Source: a virus (lineage: Duplodnaviria; Caudoviricetes). From it: a stretch of 64,000 nt of DNA. The DNA lies in IMG/VR virus record IMGVR_UViG_2513237213_000004, positions 1 to 64,000 of that record, one strand, 5' to 3'. The notes beneath the pieces are model-generated. The model made no database searches. It was not told the origin of the DNA and worked only from the letters and a program-made list of their open reading frames with translations. Made by a program: the position numbers and the translations under genes. Shown piece after piece: positions 56,155 to 64,000 of the stretch (position 1 is the stretch's first letter; each line of letters starts with the position of its first letter).

Positions 56155-56697
56155 TCATGGTTTATATTTGCATTTTTCACAATAGCAGCAGCAGGTTTCA
56201 TTGTCCCCAAAGGCTTCCTCTAGGTACGCTGGTATCCTGCATTTGCGTTGATTCTTCATTGCTGCATCCATCGGATATGCCACCTTTACTACCGGGCTTC
56301 CGGCCTCGTATACCGGTGAATCCCGGCGAAGCAATTCGTCTAATCCCTCGGCATATTTCCGAATCGTTTTCAGATGCTTGCTCACGGCCTGCTGCGAAAT
56401 CCCCAGGTGCTTCCCGATTTCCTCATAGGTCAATCCCTTGGAAATCATCACAATGATGTTCCAGTTATCTTCCGAGAGGCGTTTCCGAAGTTCAACCAGG
56501 GCATCTTCAAGGCCCTTTTCCCTCTCGTGCTCTACCAGGACATCCGCCGGATCTCTGGGAACCTTCATGTAATCTTCCGGTAAAGGCTTTTTATTCTCGC
56601 TCCAATCCAGGAACTCTAGGCGGTTCAAAGTATCGCCCAGAGTTACCCGGCCAGCGTTGTAATCTTCCACAAGCTGACGGAGATAATCAACGGCCAT
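56155..56697 (-). CDS. Sigma70 region-4-type HTH transcription factor (phage sigma/late activator) with Cys-rich tail
   Basis: GLTYEEIGKHLGISQQAVSKHLK; C-terminal CCCYCEKC. Confidence 0.75.
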   Translation of the reverse strand: MAVDYLRQLVEDYNAGRVTLGDTLNRLEFLDWSENKKPLPEDYMKVPRDPADVLVEHEREKGLEDALVELRKRLSEDNWNIIVMISKGLTYEEIGKHLGISQQAVSKHLKTIRKYAEGLDELLRRDSPVYEAGSPVVKVAYPMDAAMKNQRKCRIPAYLEEAFGDNETCCCYCEKCKYKP

Positions 56698-57001
56698 TGG
56701 CGATTACCTCCCTTGCGTCCCTAGCTTTCTTAATCGTGTTCAACTTATATTCAGACGTGGCAAATCTCATATTGTACCCGACCTTAGAACCAAAGAACTG
56801 GCACCGGCGAACAACGGAACCGTCGGCCAAAACTCTGATCCCTTTGTCTTTCTTCCCTGGCTCCTCCTTGGCATCCACATAGCGGACATCATCGGAGTAT
56901 TTGAGAAGTTCTTTAAGAGTCCTGGTAAGATTGTCTGATTCAATCAACAGGCGGTAAAGGTCACCGCCGTTGTTCAAATCCATGAGTACGGAGTAAATCA
57001 A
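56687..57001 (-). CDS. Hypothetical protein
   Basis: Overlapping-stop coupling in minus-strand operon. Confidence 0.6.
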   Translation of the reverse strand: MIYSVLMDLNNGGDLYRLLIESDNLTRTLKELLKYSDDVRYVDAKEEPGKKDKGIRVLADGSVVRRCQFFGSKVGYNMRFATSEYKLNTIKKARDAREVIANGR

Positions 57002-57417
57002 ACTCCGGTACTCCCAAAGCCGCCACGGTCCTTGCTGCCAAGGTCCTCGCGAATACTGAATTTAACTGACTTCATCACCGGTACGACACGGAACTGCGCG
57101 ATGCGGTCTCCCTTTTTGATAACTCCGTCCTCCATGGCCAGAGCCGGGAACTGCCATTCATCGCCGTTGCCACAATAAGCATTATCGATGATACCCGTGG
57201 AATTAACCAGGAGAATCTTGTACTTCTTAAACGTAGAACTGCGGGGAAGCAGGTGACCTTCGTACTCCTGCGGCAACTTCATGGCCACGCCCAGGGGAAT
57301 CATCAGGAAATCCCCTTTGTTATATTTCACGGTCATACCGGCTTTTAAATCAATCCAATCACCATGGCGTTCCGGCAGGGAACCGGGGCGAATCTCTTTT
57401 ACCTTAATGTTAATCAT
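56998..57417 (-). CDS. dut: dUTPase (trimeric)
   Basis: DLKA, PRSS, GIIDNAYCG, RIAQ, RGGFGSTG motifs. Confidence 0.95.
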   Translation of the reverse strand: MINIKVKEIRPGSLPERHGDWIDLKAGMTVKYNKGDFLMIPLGVAMKLPQEYEGHLLPRSSTFKKYKILLVNSTGIIDNAYCGNGDEWQFPALAMEDGVIKKGDRIAQFRVVPVMKSVKFSIREDLGSKDRGGFGSTGV

Positions 57418-57419
57418 TG

Positions 57420-57716
57420 TTATTTATCCTCCAATTTCACATATTCTGTGACTTCGACCATCTTCTTGACTTTCTTGACCTCATAGGGCTGTTCGTAGAA
57501 TTCGTTTTCCTGCATTTCGGTATTGCCGCGTGACCAATCAACGGCAAACAGTCTGTCTCCCATAGAAAACACTGACTGCACAGGAGTAGACCAGCGTTGG
57601 GGTTCACCTACATGCTTTTCCTCGCCGTAAGCGTATACTAGTTCTTCTATTTCTTCTTCGTCAAACTGTTCACCAGCGTCATAGCGTCGTAAGAACTCAT
57701 TATCATCATCAATCAT
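57420..57716 (-). CDS. Acidic hypothetical protein
   Basis: 98-aa ORF with SD aggag. Confidence 0.7.
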   Translation of the reverse strand: MIDDDNEFLRRYDAGEQFDEEEIEELVYAYGEEKHVGEPQRWSTPVQSVFSMGDRLFAVDWSRGNTEMQENEFYEQPYEVKKVKKMVEVTEYVKLEDK

Positions 57717-57728
57717 TGTTATATCTCC

Positions 57729-57860
57729 TTAATTCTCAAATAAGAAAGCCAAAAACCAAGCCATAAGCGAAGTCCAAAACATTGCTGCATATATTTCTTC
57801 CAACGGCGAGATAATCAGAAATACCATCGCCAGCAGGAAACATCCTTTTCTTACTTCCAT
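57729..57860 (-). CDS. Small membrane protein (start revised to MEVRKG)
   Basis: SD aggag; TAATG coupling; two hydrophobic segments. Confidence 0.55.
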   Translation of the reverse strand: MEVRKGCFLLAMVFLIISPLEEIYAAMFWTSLMAWFLAFLFEN

Positions 57861-58480
57861 TAGTCGCACACTCCTAATTCCTTTGCATAGGGCAGGGAAG
57901 AAATAAATTCCTCGCAGAACCAACGCCACTGCGGAAGGCGGTGGGTTTTGCGCTGGTAATACATCGTCCGAAGCTGCGCATAGTTCGTGGAAATCCCGGC
58001 TGCTAAACAAATCCCCTCCGGCATATTCGCCTTGACACGCAACAAGTTTTCTTCCGTGGGGTTCAAGGTATAATCCTCGACAATTCCCTCGAACAAGGCC
58101 AGGATCTTATCGTCCACGGCTGCATCGGCCATACGGCGGTAATCCAGCGCCTTGCCCCGGTGCATCGTGCTCTGGGAATTTTTCGACGTAAATACACCGT
58201 AGGTATCGAACTGCTGCCAGAAGTAACGTGGGGCCAATACGTCGAATGTAACCGGTATCTGCCGAAGGAACTTATCATCCCCATGGCCAATTGGGGAGTG
58301 CCCCAGGTTACTGCCCAATCGCAGCATATCTTCTACAGTGCGTTTATCCAGTGTCATATCCTCGTTGACCACCGTGGCCATCGGATAACCGGCGCGGATC
58401 AGCGCTTCCCGGATACCATACACATTCACATTGAACACCTTGAATAATCTATCAGTCATCTGCATATCGTATTGCCTCAT
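57860..58480 (-). CDS. Divergent ThyX-like (flavin-dependent thymidylate synthase family) protein
   Basis: DKFLRQIPV..APRYFWQQFDTY..SQSTMH..TNYAQLRTMYYQRKTHRLPQW; nucleotide-metabolism context. Confidence 0.6.
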   Translation of the reverse strand: MRQYDMQMTDRLFKVFNVNVYGIREALIRAGYPMATVVNEDMTLDKRTVEDMLRLGSNLGHSPIGHGDDKFLRQIPVTFDVLAPRYFWQQFDTYGVFTSKNSQSTMHRGKALDYRRMADAAVDDKILALFEGIVEDYTLNPTEENLLRVKANMPEGICLAAGISTNYAQLRTMYYQRKTHRLPQWRWFCEEFISSLPYAKELGVCD

Positions 58481-58628
58481 TTCTTACCATTCGTTTTACA
58501 CCGCTTCTCATTCTGACCTCACAGGCCCCTGGCTGCGCTTTCGTGACAACTCCCTGGAACATATAGGGAAGTCCCGTGGTGGGCAGCTTTTCTTTCCACT
58601 GAACCGTGGCCCCAATCTTATATCTCAT
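58452..58628 (-). CDS. Small hypothetical protein (58 aa, SH3/KOW-like)
   Basis: Manual translation MRYKIGATVQWKEK...GVVTKA. Confidence 0.5.
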   Translation of the reverse strand: MRYKIGATVQWKEKLPTTGLPYMFQGVVTKAQPGACEVRMRSGVKRMVRNEAIRYADD

Positions 58629-58839
58629 GGTTTAACTTGACCACCTGGGAAGCGTCTTTCCATTTTTCAGAGTCATCCGTGAACATAATTTTGATTCTCT
58701 GCCTTTCGGCTCCGTTCTCGTCAAAGTCCCATTTCATTGCAGCTATGTTGCCCTTATGCGGGTAAATCGTATTTCGCAATGTTGGAATGATTACCTCGTC
58801 CAGCAAAGAAAGTTTATTGTTAGCCATATCTGTAAACAT
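58618..58839 (-). CDS. Hypothetical protein (start revised to MFTDMA)
   Basis: SD ggagg before ATG 58839. Confidence 0.6.
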   Translation of the reverse strand: MFTDMANNKLSLLDEVIIPTLRNTIYPHKGNIAAMKWDFDENGAERQRIKIMFTDDSEKWKDASQVVKLNHEI

Positions 58840-58841
58840 TG

Positions 58842-59021
58842 TTAGTCCTCCGTATGTTCCCTTTTTAACCATCTGTCTGTGGCAGTTGCACATTCTCCGT
58901 CGCAAACTCCGGTATCGTACTCCGGACATAAGTCACAAGAGTCACAAGAGAGTATGTAGTCAAGGAAAATGGCAAGTTCCAGGTCAGACATTGAGCGAAT
59001 CCAGTCTGCATTAGTTTTCAT
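58842..59021 (-). CDS. Small Cys-rich hypothetical protein (59 aa)
   Basis: Manual translation MKTNADWIRSMSDLELAIFL...CDSCDLC...C; SD gagg. Confidence 0.6.
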   Translation of the reverse strand: MKTNADWIRSMSDLELAIFLDYILSCDSCDLCPEYDTGVCDGECATATDRWLKREHTED

Positions 59022-59160
59022 AGTTACCTCTCCGTTTTATCTGGGCGTTTTGGCCTGGTAGTCAATACGCCACCTGCGTTACCTTTGCTGCCCCCGTAAC
59101 CGGCCACCATACAGGCGGCGATTACAAGGAAAACAAAGAATAAATCTATATCATTCACAA

Positions 59161-61422
59161 TCATTCACAAGCATTGTACCCGCAATTATCGCAGGTCCAG
59201 CACTTTGCCTCTGGTCTAAGCGTGTGCTTATGGCACTCCGGACACTCTCGCAGGCCATCGTCCTCCGGCGGTTCCTCGGTGGGCAATTCCGCTGGTGCAC
59301 TGGTTAACTCTCGTTTCATGGATAATTCCATGGCATCGGCAATAGCATTGCTGCAAGACAAGGAAACATCTTTGCCCTGCCGACGAAGGACCTGGCAGGC
59401 CGGGCATTTATTGGCCCTAAGTTCATCAATGATTTTCGACACCTTCACGCCGGAACGCAGGGCCAGGGAAATCAACCGGGTAATCGTGTTGATATTGCTC
59501 TTGCACCCACCGGACGGATTCGTGAATACCTCGAATACATGGCCATCATCGGTCTTATTCGTTGTGACATACATGGAACTTACGCAAGAGGTCTGTTCCC
59601 GTACCGTGGAACCATTGACAACCTTGACTTCTCTACGACTTTCCTTTGGCTCTATGGTGTCATAGTCCGGAGTTTCGGTTTCCTCCGGCTTATCGCTGAC
59701 ACCCAGGATATTTCCTCGCTTGCAGCCATCGCGGAACACCGTAATCCCTTTGAGGCCCTGTTTCCAGGCTGCCATATAGATTTCCTCGATTTCTTCCACC
59801 GTGGCCGAATTCGGCAGGTTTACCGTGGAGGAAATAGCATTATCAACGTAATCCTGTAAGATCCCCTGGAACGCCACACGCTCCATCGGCGGTACTTCAT
59901 GGGACTCAATGAGGAAGGGGAATTTCTTCTTGGCTTCCTCCGGGGAAATCCCTTCTAAGCCATGGAATTTCAGCAGGTCAGCAACGCCACGGGCATATAC
60001 CGTGAAGGTCTTGCCACTGTCCTCCATGCTATGAGAAGTCCTCTGATAAGCAATCTTATACATCGGCTCGATGCCACCAGTAAAACCACCAGCGAACAGA
60101 GAAATCGTGCCGGTAGGAGCAATGGAAAGCAGCGTGCCGTTACGCAGGCCATATTTCTTAATCAAATCGTGAGCTTCTGGATATGCCTTGATAACCGGTG
60201 ATGCCATGGTTTTCTCCAAGTCAAACTTGCGGAACGCACCTTTCTTGGCAGCCAGAGAAGCAGAAGTCAGCAATGCCTGTTCCATGATGATATCCATGAT
60301 ATCCGAAGCCACCGCGCGAGATTCCTCGGAGCCATAACGAATTCCCATAGCTACAAAGGCATCTGCCAGGCCGAACACACCCAGGCCAATGCTGCGCCAG
60401 TCAGCGATGGTTTCCCGGTTTAAATCCAAAGGCTGCATATCATAACCATAATCCAGGATTTCATCAAGCATACGAACTGCGGTATCCGTAATCATGCGAA
60501 GATGTGTTTTGTCAATCGTTGCATGATCCGTGAATTTATCCTTGATGGCGTTGTAAACATTGATAGAGCCAAGGTTACAAGAGTTGCCGCCGTTCCCAAA
60601 GAATTCCGCGCATGGATTCGATACGTCAATCTTGTACTCCAGATAACCAGAGAGCAAATTGAAATTCCTTACTCGGTCAATGAAGATTGCCCCAGGATCG
60701 CCCCAATCCCATTGCGTTTCACAGAACTCATGGAAGAAGGAACGCGCATCAATGGTTTTCTCAATGTGGCCCGTTTCCGGACTATCATAGACCAACTGGA
60801 ACGGCTGATTCTTTTCCACGGCTTCCATAAATTCATTGGTGAACTTGATGGAAATATTCATAGAAGATAACTTAGAGCCGTCCTGCTTGATTCGCAGGAA
60901 TTCTTCGATGTCCGGGTGGTCACACCGCAGGCCAACCATAAGCGCTGCTCTGCGACCATTCTGGCCAATGGTTCCGCCGGTCACATCAAAGATATTCAGG
61001 AAGGACACGGCCCCGGTGGAGGTCATCGCACTGTTATTCACCGGCGCTCCTTTTGGGCGCAGGTTATCAATGGCCAACCCGCAGCCACCACCATAGGAGC
61101 TAATGCGGGCAATCTTCTTGGCCGTATCAAAGATGGATTCGATGTTATCCTTCGGTGTGGGCAGCACATAACAATTACTCATGCTAACCTTACGCTTACC
61201 CTTGTAACCAGCACCGAATAACGTGCGGCCAGCCGGGAGAAAATCTGCGTTTTCCAGGACCTTCTTGGCTTTCGGCTTTAATTCATCGCTAAAGATAGAT
61301 GCCACGCGGCCAATGAACTGCTCCGGTTTCTCGCCTTCATGCAGATACTTTCGTTCCATGATGCCCATGGAAACTTCATTGTCATACCACATTAGGCAAG
61401 CAGACTCCTTCTCTGTTCGCAA
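59161..61422 (-). CDS. nrdJ: Ribonucleotide reductase class II (adenosylcobalamin-dependent)
   Basis: FLPAGR, SNCYV, NPCAE, SCNLGS, SIAPTGTIS, KGITVFRDG; C-terminal TSCPD-like and Zn-ribbon. Confidence 0.93.
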   Translation of the reverse strand: MRTEKESACLMWYDNEVSMGIMERKYLHEGEKPEQFIGRVASIFSDELKPKAKKVLENADFLPAGRTLFGAGYKGKRKVSMSNCYVLPTPKDNIESIFDTAKKIARISSYGGGCGLAIDNLRPKGAPVNNSAMTSTGAVSFLNIFDVTGGTIGQNGRRAALMVGLRCDHPDIEEFLRIKQDGSKLSSMNISIKFTNEFMEAVEKNQPFQLVYDSPETGHIEKTIDARSFFHEFCETQWDWGDPGAIFIDRVRNFNLLSGYLEYKIDVSNPCAEFFGNGGNSCNLGSINVYNAIKDKFTDHATIDKTHLRMITDTAVRMLDEILDYGYDMQPLDLNRETIADWRSIGLGVFGLADAFVAMGIRYGSEESRAVASDIMDIIMEQALLTSASLAAKKGAFRKFDLEKTMASPVIKAYPEAHDLIKKYGLRNGTLLSIAPTGTISLFAGGFTGGIEPMYKIAYQRTSHSMEDSGKTFTVYARGVADLLKFHGLEGISPEEAKKKFPFLIESHEVPPMERVAFQGILQDYVDNAISSTVNLPNSATVEEIEEIYMAAWKQGLKGITVFRDGCKRGNILGVSDKPEETETPDYDTIEPKESRREVKVVNGSTVREQTSCVSSMYVTTNKTDDGHVFEVFTNPSGGCKSNINTITRLISLALRSGVKVSKIIDELRANKCPACQVLRRQGKDVSLSCSNAIADAMELSMKRELTSAPAELPTEEPPEDDGLRECPECHKHTLRPEAKCWTCDNCGYNACE

Positions 61423-61850
61423 AGCTGGTTGATTTTCTCGTTAATCTCACCAATCTTCTTTGCCTTATCGACGGAAACAATGTGGCCTTTGAAGATCTCT
61501 GCATATTCATCGCAGCCAAGTTTTTCCCCGTTATCATCCATGATATTCCCGTCATTTGCCATGTAGTAAGGAGAACAGTAGGTCTCACCGGTATCCGGAT
61601 CAACCAGGGCAAAGGCTTCACCAGCCTTGATTCCCATGGCGTCCATGATACGCTCACACTTGGTCAGCTTTTCAATCTGAACATCGGTATATTTTACGAT
61701 ATTGTTATTATCGTCCCACCGTACTTCGTAAAGGTCATCACCGGTATAGCCGGACTTACTCACCGAAATCACAGTGCCGTATTCGTCGCTCTTAATTCCA
61801 TACTGGAAGCCAACTGGCTTCACTCTTTCTCCTACTTTAAACATATTCAT
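61392..61850 (-). CDS. Hypothetical protein, paralog 3 of tandem family
   Basis: FKVGERVK..YGTVIS KOW/SH3-like + DAMG..GEAF + coiled coil. Confidence 0.7.
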   Translation of the reverse strand: MNMFKVGERVKPVGFQYGIKSDEYGTVISVSKSGYTGDDLYEVRWDDNNNIVKYTDVQIEKLTKCERIMDAMGIKAGEAFALVDPDTGETYCSPYYMANDGNIMDDNGEKLGCDEYAEIFKGHIVSVDKAKKIGEINEKINQLCEQRRSLLA

Positions 61851-61857
61851 GCTGCTA

Positions 61858-62388
61858 TCAATCCTCCATTAAATCTTCGCGAATCTGATTGAGTTCTTCG
61901 GCCAATTCGTCGATTTCTTCGGTAAGCGTTTCGATTTTCTGTAAAATCTCTTGCGTATCATCATCGGCAACAGGGGCAGAACCATTTTGGAACAAGTATT
62001 TAAGTTCATCGACAGTCAAATCATCATGGTTACCATCGTAAACTTCGCCGTTCTCTAAGGTGTAAGGCCCCCAACCATAAAACTCTCCATCGTTGCGTTT
62101 GATTTCAAAGGGAACTCCCTCACGAACTCCTAACGCATACAAGGCCGTTTCCTTTTTGCTCAAAGGCTCCAACTTATCAACGTTAACCATCCAGCAACTA
62201 TCTTTCTCGCGAAGCAACCCGGCATCACCAAGTCCCCCGTTATGTCCTGGGAAATCACCGTAGAATTCAACCAACGGGGCCTCATTGTTACCACCAACGA
62301 TGACACCAACCTTGCCCTCTAACTGTACCTCGCTGGTATCTTTCTTTACCCGCACATGCTGACCAATGTATAACTTATCGCTCATAGT
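61858..62388 (-). CDS. Hypothetical protein, paralog 2 of tandem family
   Basis: LYIGQHVRV..GVIVG + ALG..GVPF + coiled coil; start taken at MSDKLY. Confidence 0.7.
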   Translation of the reverse strand, partial: TMSDKLYIGQHVRVKKDTSEVQLEGKVGVIVGGNNEAPLVEFYGDFPGHNGGLGDAGLLREKDSCWMVNVDKLEPLSKKETALYALGVREGVPFEIKRNDGEFYGWGPYTLENGEVYDGNHDDLTVDELKYLFQNGSAPVADDDTQEILQKIETLTEEIDELAEELNQIREDLMED

Positions 62389-62392
62389 GTTA

Positions 62393-62920
62393 TCATGCTC
62401 CTTTTCTGATTCTCGCCAATTCGTTTTCTTTTTCTTCAATCTGGCCCTGGAGAACGCAGATTTCCTCTTTCAACTGCATTTCTCTGTCACTGAGGATTTC
62501 AATGTGCCCCGTCATCAAGGCTTCGTATTCATCCGGTGCTAGTACGTCATCATTACAGTCAACGAAATCTTCTCCGTCAAACATGAACGGGCCATTTTCC
62601 ATAACATTGTCGTATTCATCGTAAATATCGAACCACTGCCCCTCATAGAGCCCCAAGGCATCTACGATTTTTTCCATGCCCGTCAAGGGTTCGATTTCTT
62701 CATCATTAATGTAGAAGCACGAATCCTGTTCGGGATTCTTACGCTGATCTTGGGAAACAGAAGATGCTCCGGTGTGCATCCCAGTGTTTTTCTTATCCCA
62801 GTCAACCAAGATGGCTCCACTGCATTTACCAATTACAGTTCCATAGCACGGATTCTCCATATGAAAATCCATCTTGTTCGTGGCTTTTACGCGCTGACCA
62901 ATGAAAAATCTATTACTCAT
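62393..62920 (-). CDS. Hypothetical protein, paralog 1 of tandem family
   Basis: FFIGQRVKA..YGTVIG + DALG..GQWF + coiled coil; start taken at MSNRFF. Confidence 0.7.
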   Translation of the reverse strand: MSNRFFIGQRVKATNKMDFHMENPCYGTVIGKCSGAILVDWDKKNTGMHTGASSVSQDQRKNPEQDSCFYINDEEIEPLTGMEKIVDALGLYEGQWFDIYDEYDNVMENGPFMFDGEDFVDCNDDVLAPDEYEALMTGHIEILSDREMQLKEEICVLQGQIEEKENELARIRKGA

Positions 62921-63314
62921 GTTTCCAACCGTCCCTTTCTTCGTCATACCGACGAATAACACATTCTACCCTCGGATTCTGCCGGTCAATATCGAAATCA
63001 ATGTACCGTGGTAAAGCCCATCGGTCATTATCGAATACTCCTGCGTGTTCCAAGGCGTCAAAAATCGCCTTTCCTTGGTTATCAACATCACGCTTCCTGG
63101 CATCCGGCCAATATGTCATAATGTCGATGACCACCTTAGTTCCTTCAGTGGTTTCCCACCCCTGGTCCTCCATGGCCCCGGCAATGATTTCCTCCGCAGC
63201 AGCGAACCACTCTTTCGCCTTTTTCGTGCGGATTCTCTTGCCAAACTTCGTCGTAAAGTACAGGGCGTTAATGGAGGGAACCGGAGGTAGTACCACTTTT
63301 AGGACATCGGTCAA
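62913..63314 (-). CDS. rusA: RusA family Holliday junction resolvase
   Basis: PPVPSIN, RKRDVDNQGKAIFDALEHAGVFDND, PRVE. Confidence 0.9.
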   Translation of the reverse strand: MTDVLKVVLPPVPSINALYFTTKFGKRIRTKKAKEWFAAAEEIIAGAMEDQGWETTEGTKVVIDIMTYWPDARKRDVDNQGKAIFDALEHAGVFDNDRWALPRYIDFDIDRQNPRVECVIRRYDEERDGWKHE

Positions 63315-63520
63315 TCAGTAACCTCGTCCAGCATATTAGCTATGGCCTCGGCCACTTCAATTTCATCATCCGTAGCATCATCACATTCAACGGCAAAAAG
63401 GAACTCTTTAAACAACTTAGCTTCCTCATATGACATACGAATGGAAACATCCTCGTTCTTACTTTCGGGGCCTATGCCCTTAATATAGCGCTGAATCCCC
63501 GCTGCTCGTACTGTAATCAT
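63311..63520 (-). CDS. Hypothetical protein
   Basis: ATGA overlaps on both sides. Confidence 0.65.
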   Translation of the reverse strand: MITVRAAGIQRYIKGIGPESKNEDVSIRMSYEEAKLFKEFLFAVECDDATDDEIEVAEAIANMLDEVTD

Positions 63521-63993
63521 GCAAATGCACCCTCGCCGGTAAAGTCATCGTCCGGCACATCGGTTTCCGGAGAGATACGATAGTCAGCATCGTTCTTAAC
63601 CAGGGAATACCAATAGAGGTACTGCTTTGCCTTATCGTGGTCAGACTCGGCCTGGCCCTTGTGCATCGCTCTCATGGTATACTTGACGAAATTACCAAGC
63701 AGGAAGCCTTTGAACTGCTCCGGAGTAAAGAACGTCTGCATTACTTCAAGAGGCTGCATAGCGGACGCCTTATAATGCTCTTGGTCACTTGCCAGCCCCG
63801 TGTTTTCGCTCGGCTCAATCAAAGTGACATGCTTCGGGCTAAAACAGTAGCCGGATGCTCCTTCAAGGTTAACGAAGCTAATTCCAGCATCAGATACCGT
63901 CATTTCTTCTCCACAATACCGTCTCATGCTCGTTGCGAAACAAGGAACTGTATCAATATCGCCATCATCGTCAGTGCCAAATTCTTCTTTCAT
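63517..63993 (-). CDS. DUF3310 (nucleotide kinase-like) domain protein; may extend beyond window
   Basis: HYK...QPLEVM...GFLLGNFVKYTMRA.HKG...D.DKAKQY. Confidence 0.8.
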   Translation of the reverse strand: MKEEFGTDDDGDIDTVPCFATSMRRYCGEEMTVSDAGISFVNLEGASGYCFSPKHVTLIEPSENTGLASDQEHYKASAMQPLEVMQTFFTPEQFKGFLLGNFVKYTMRAMHKGQAESDHDKAKQYLYWYSLVKNDADYRISPETDVPDDDFTGEGAFA

Positions 63994-64000
63994 GGAATCC

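Larger units (their letters stand above)
1..64000. mobile_element. Large temperate siphovirus-like phage, probable plasmid-prophage (phage-plasmid); window is internal to the genome
   Basis: Complete head-neck-tail-lysis gene order plus ParA/RHH partition genes, type I TA, DnaE, RNR; no host housekeeping genes in window. Confidence 0.9.

Overview
The window is a 64-kb slice of a large temperate tailed phage with a siphovirus-type tail. It is probably a phage-plasmid of a diderm Firmicute (Negativicutes); the host is inferred from the amidase and lysis genes, an adhesin-E-like moron, Firmicute-type RBS/sigma70 signals and a spanin-like gene. From left to right it holds: a type Ib partition pair (ParA + RHH adaptor), a DnaE-type DNA polymerase III alpha, a Bro antirepressor, the lysis cassette, and tail fibre/tip genes. 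Next come tape measure, the tail assembly chaperone with a -1 frameshift, major tail, neck, capsid, protease, portal and both terminase subunits, all on the minus strand with several morons. A ~2.3-kb non-coding interval follows, then an ~11-kb plus-strand cluster of small early-type genes with a tyrosine recombinase. The right end is a minus-strand regulation and nucleotide-metabolism block (tandem-HTH regulator, sigma-region-4 protein, dUTPase, ThyX-like, class II RNR, RusA, DUF3310). The most notable items not explained by the ORF track are five. (1) A ~720-nt highly structured non-coding transcript with its own consensus promoter, GNRA loops, a tetraloop-receptor-like motif, a terminator and a downstream degenerate tRNA, just upstream of the terminase operon. 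(2) Five dispersed arrays of tandem 8-bp repeats that look like multiple centromeres for the RHH ParB. (3) An unannotated Fst/Ldr-like type I toxin-antitoxin locus. (4) A dispersed ~100-bp quasi-palindromic repeat family. (5) Several shared promoter/operator classes. No CRISPR array, rRNA, IS, reverse transcriptase, intein or intron was supportable. All family calls are from motif recognition by eye, not database searches.
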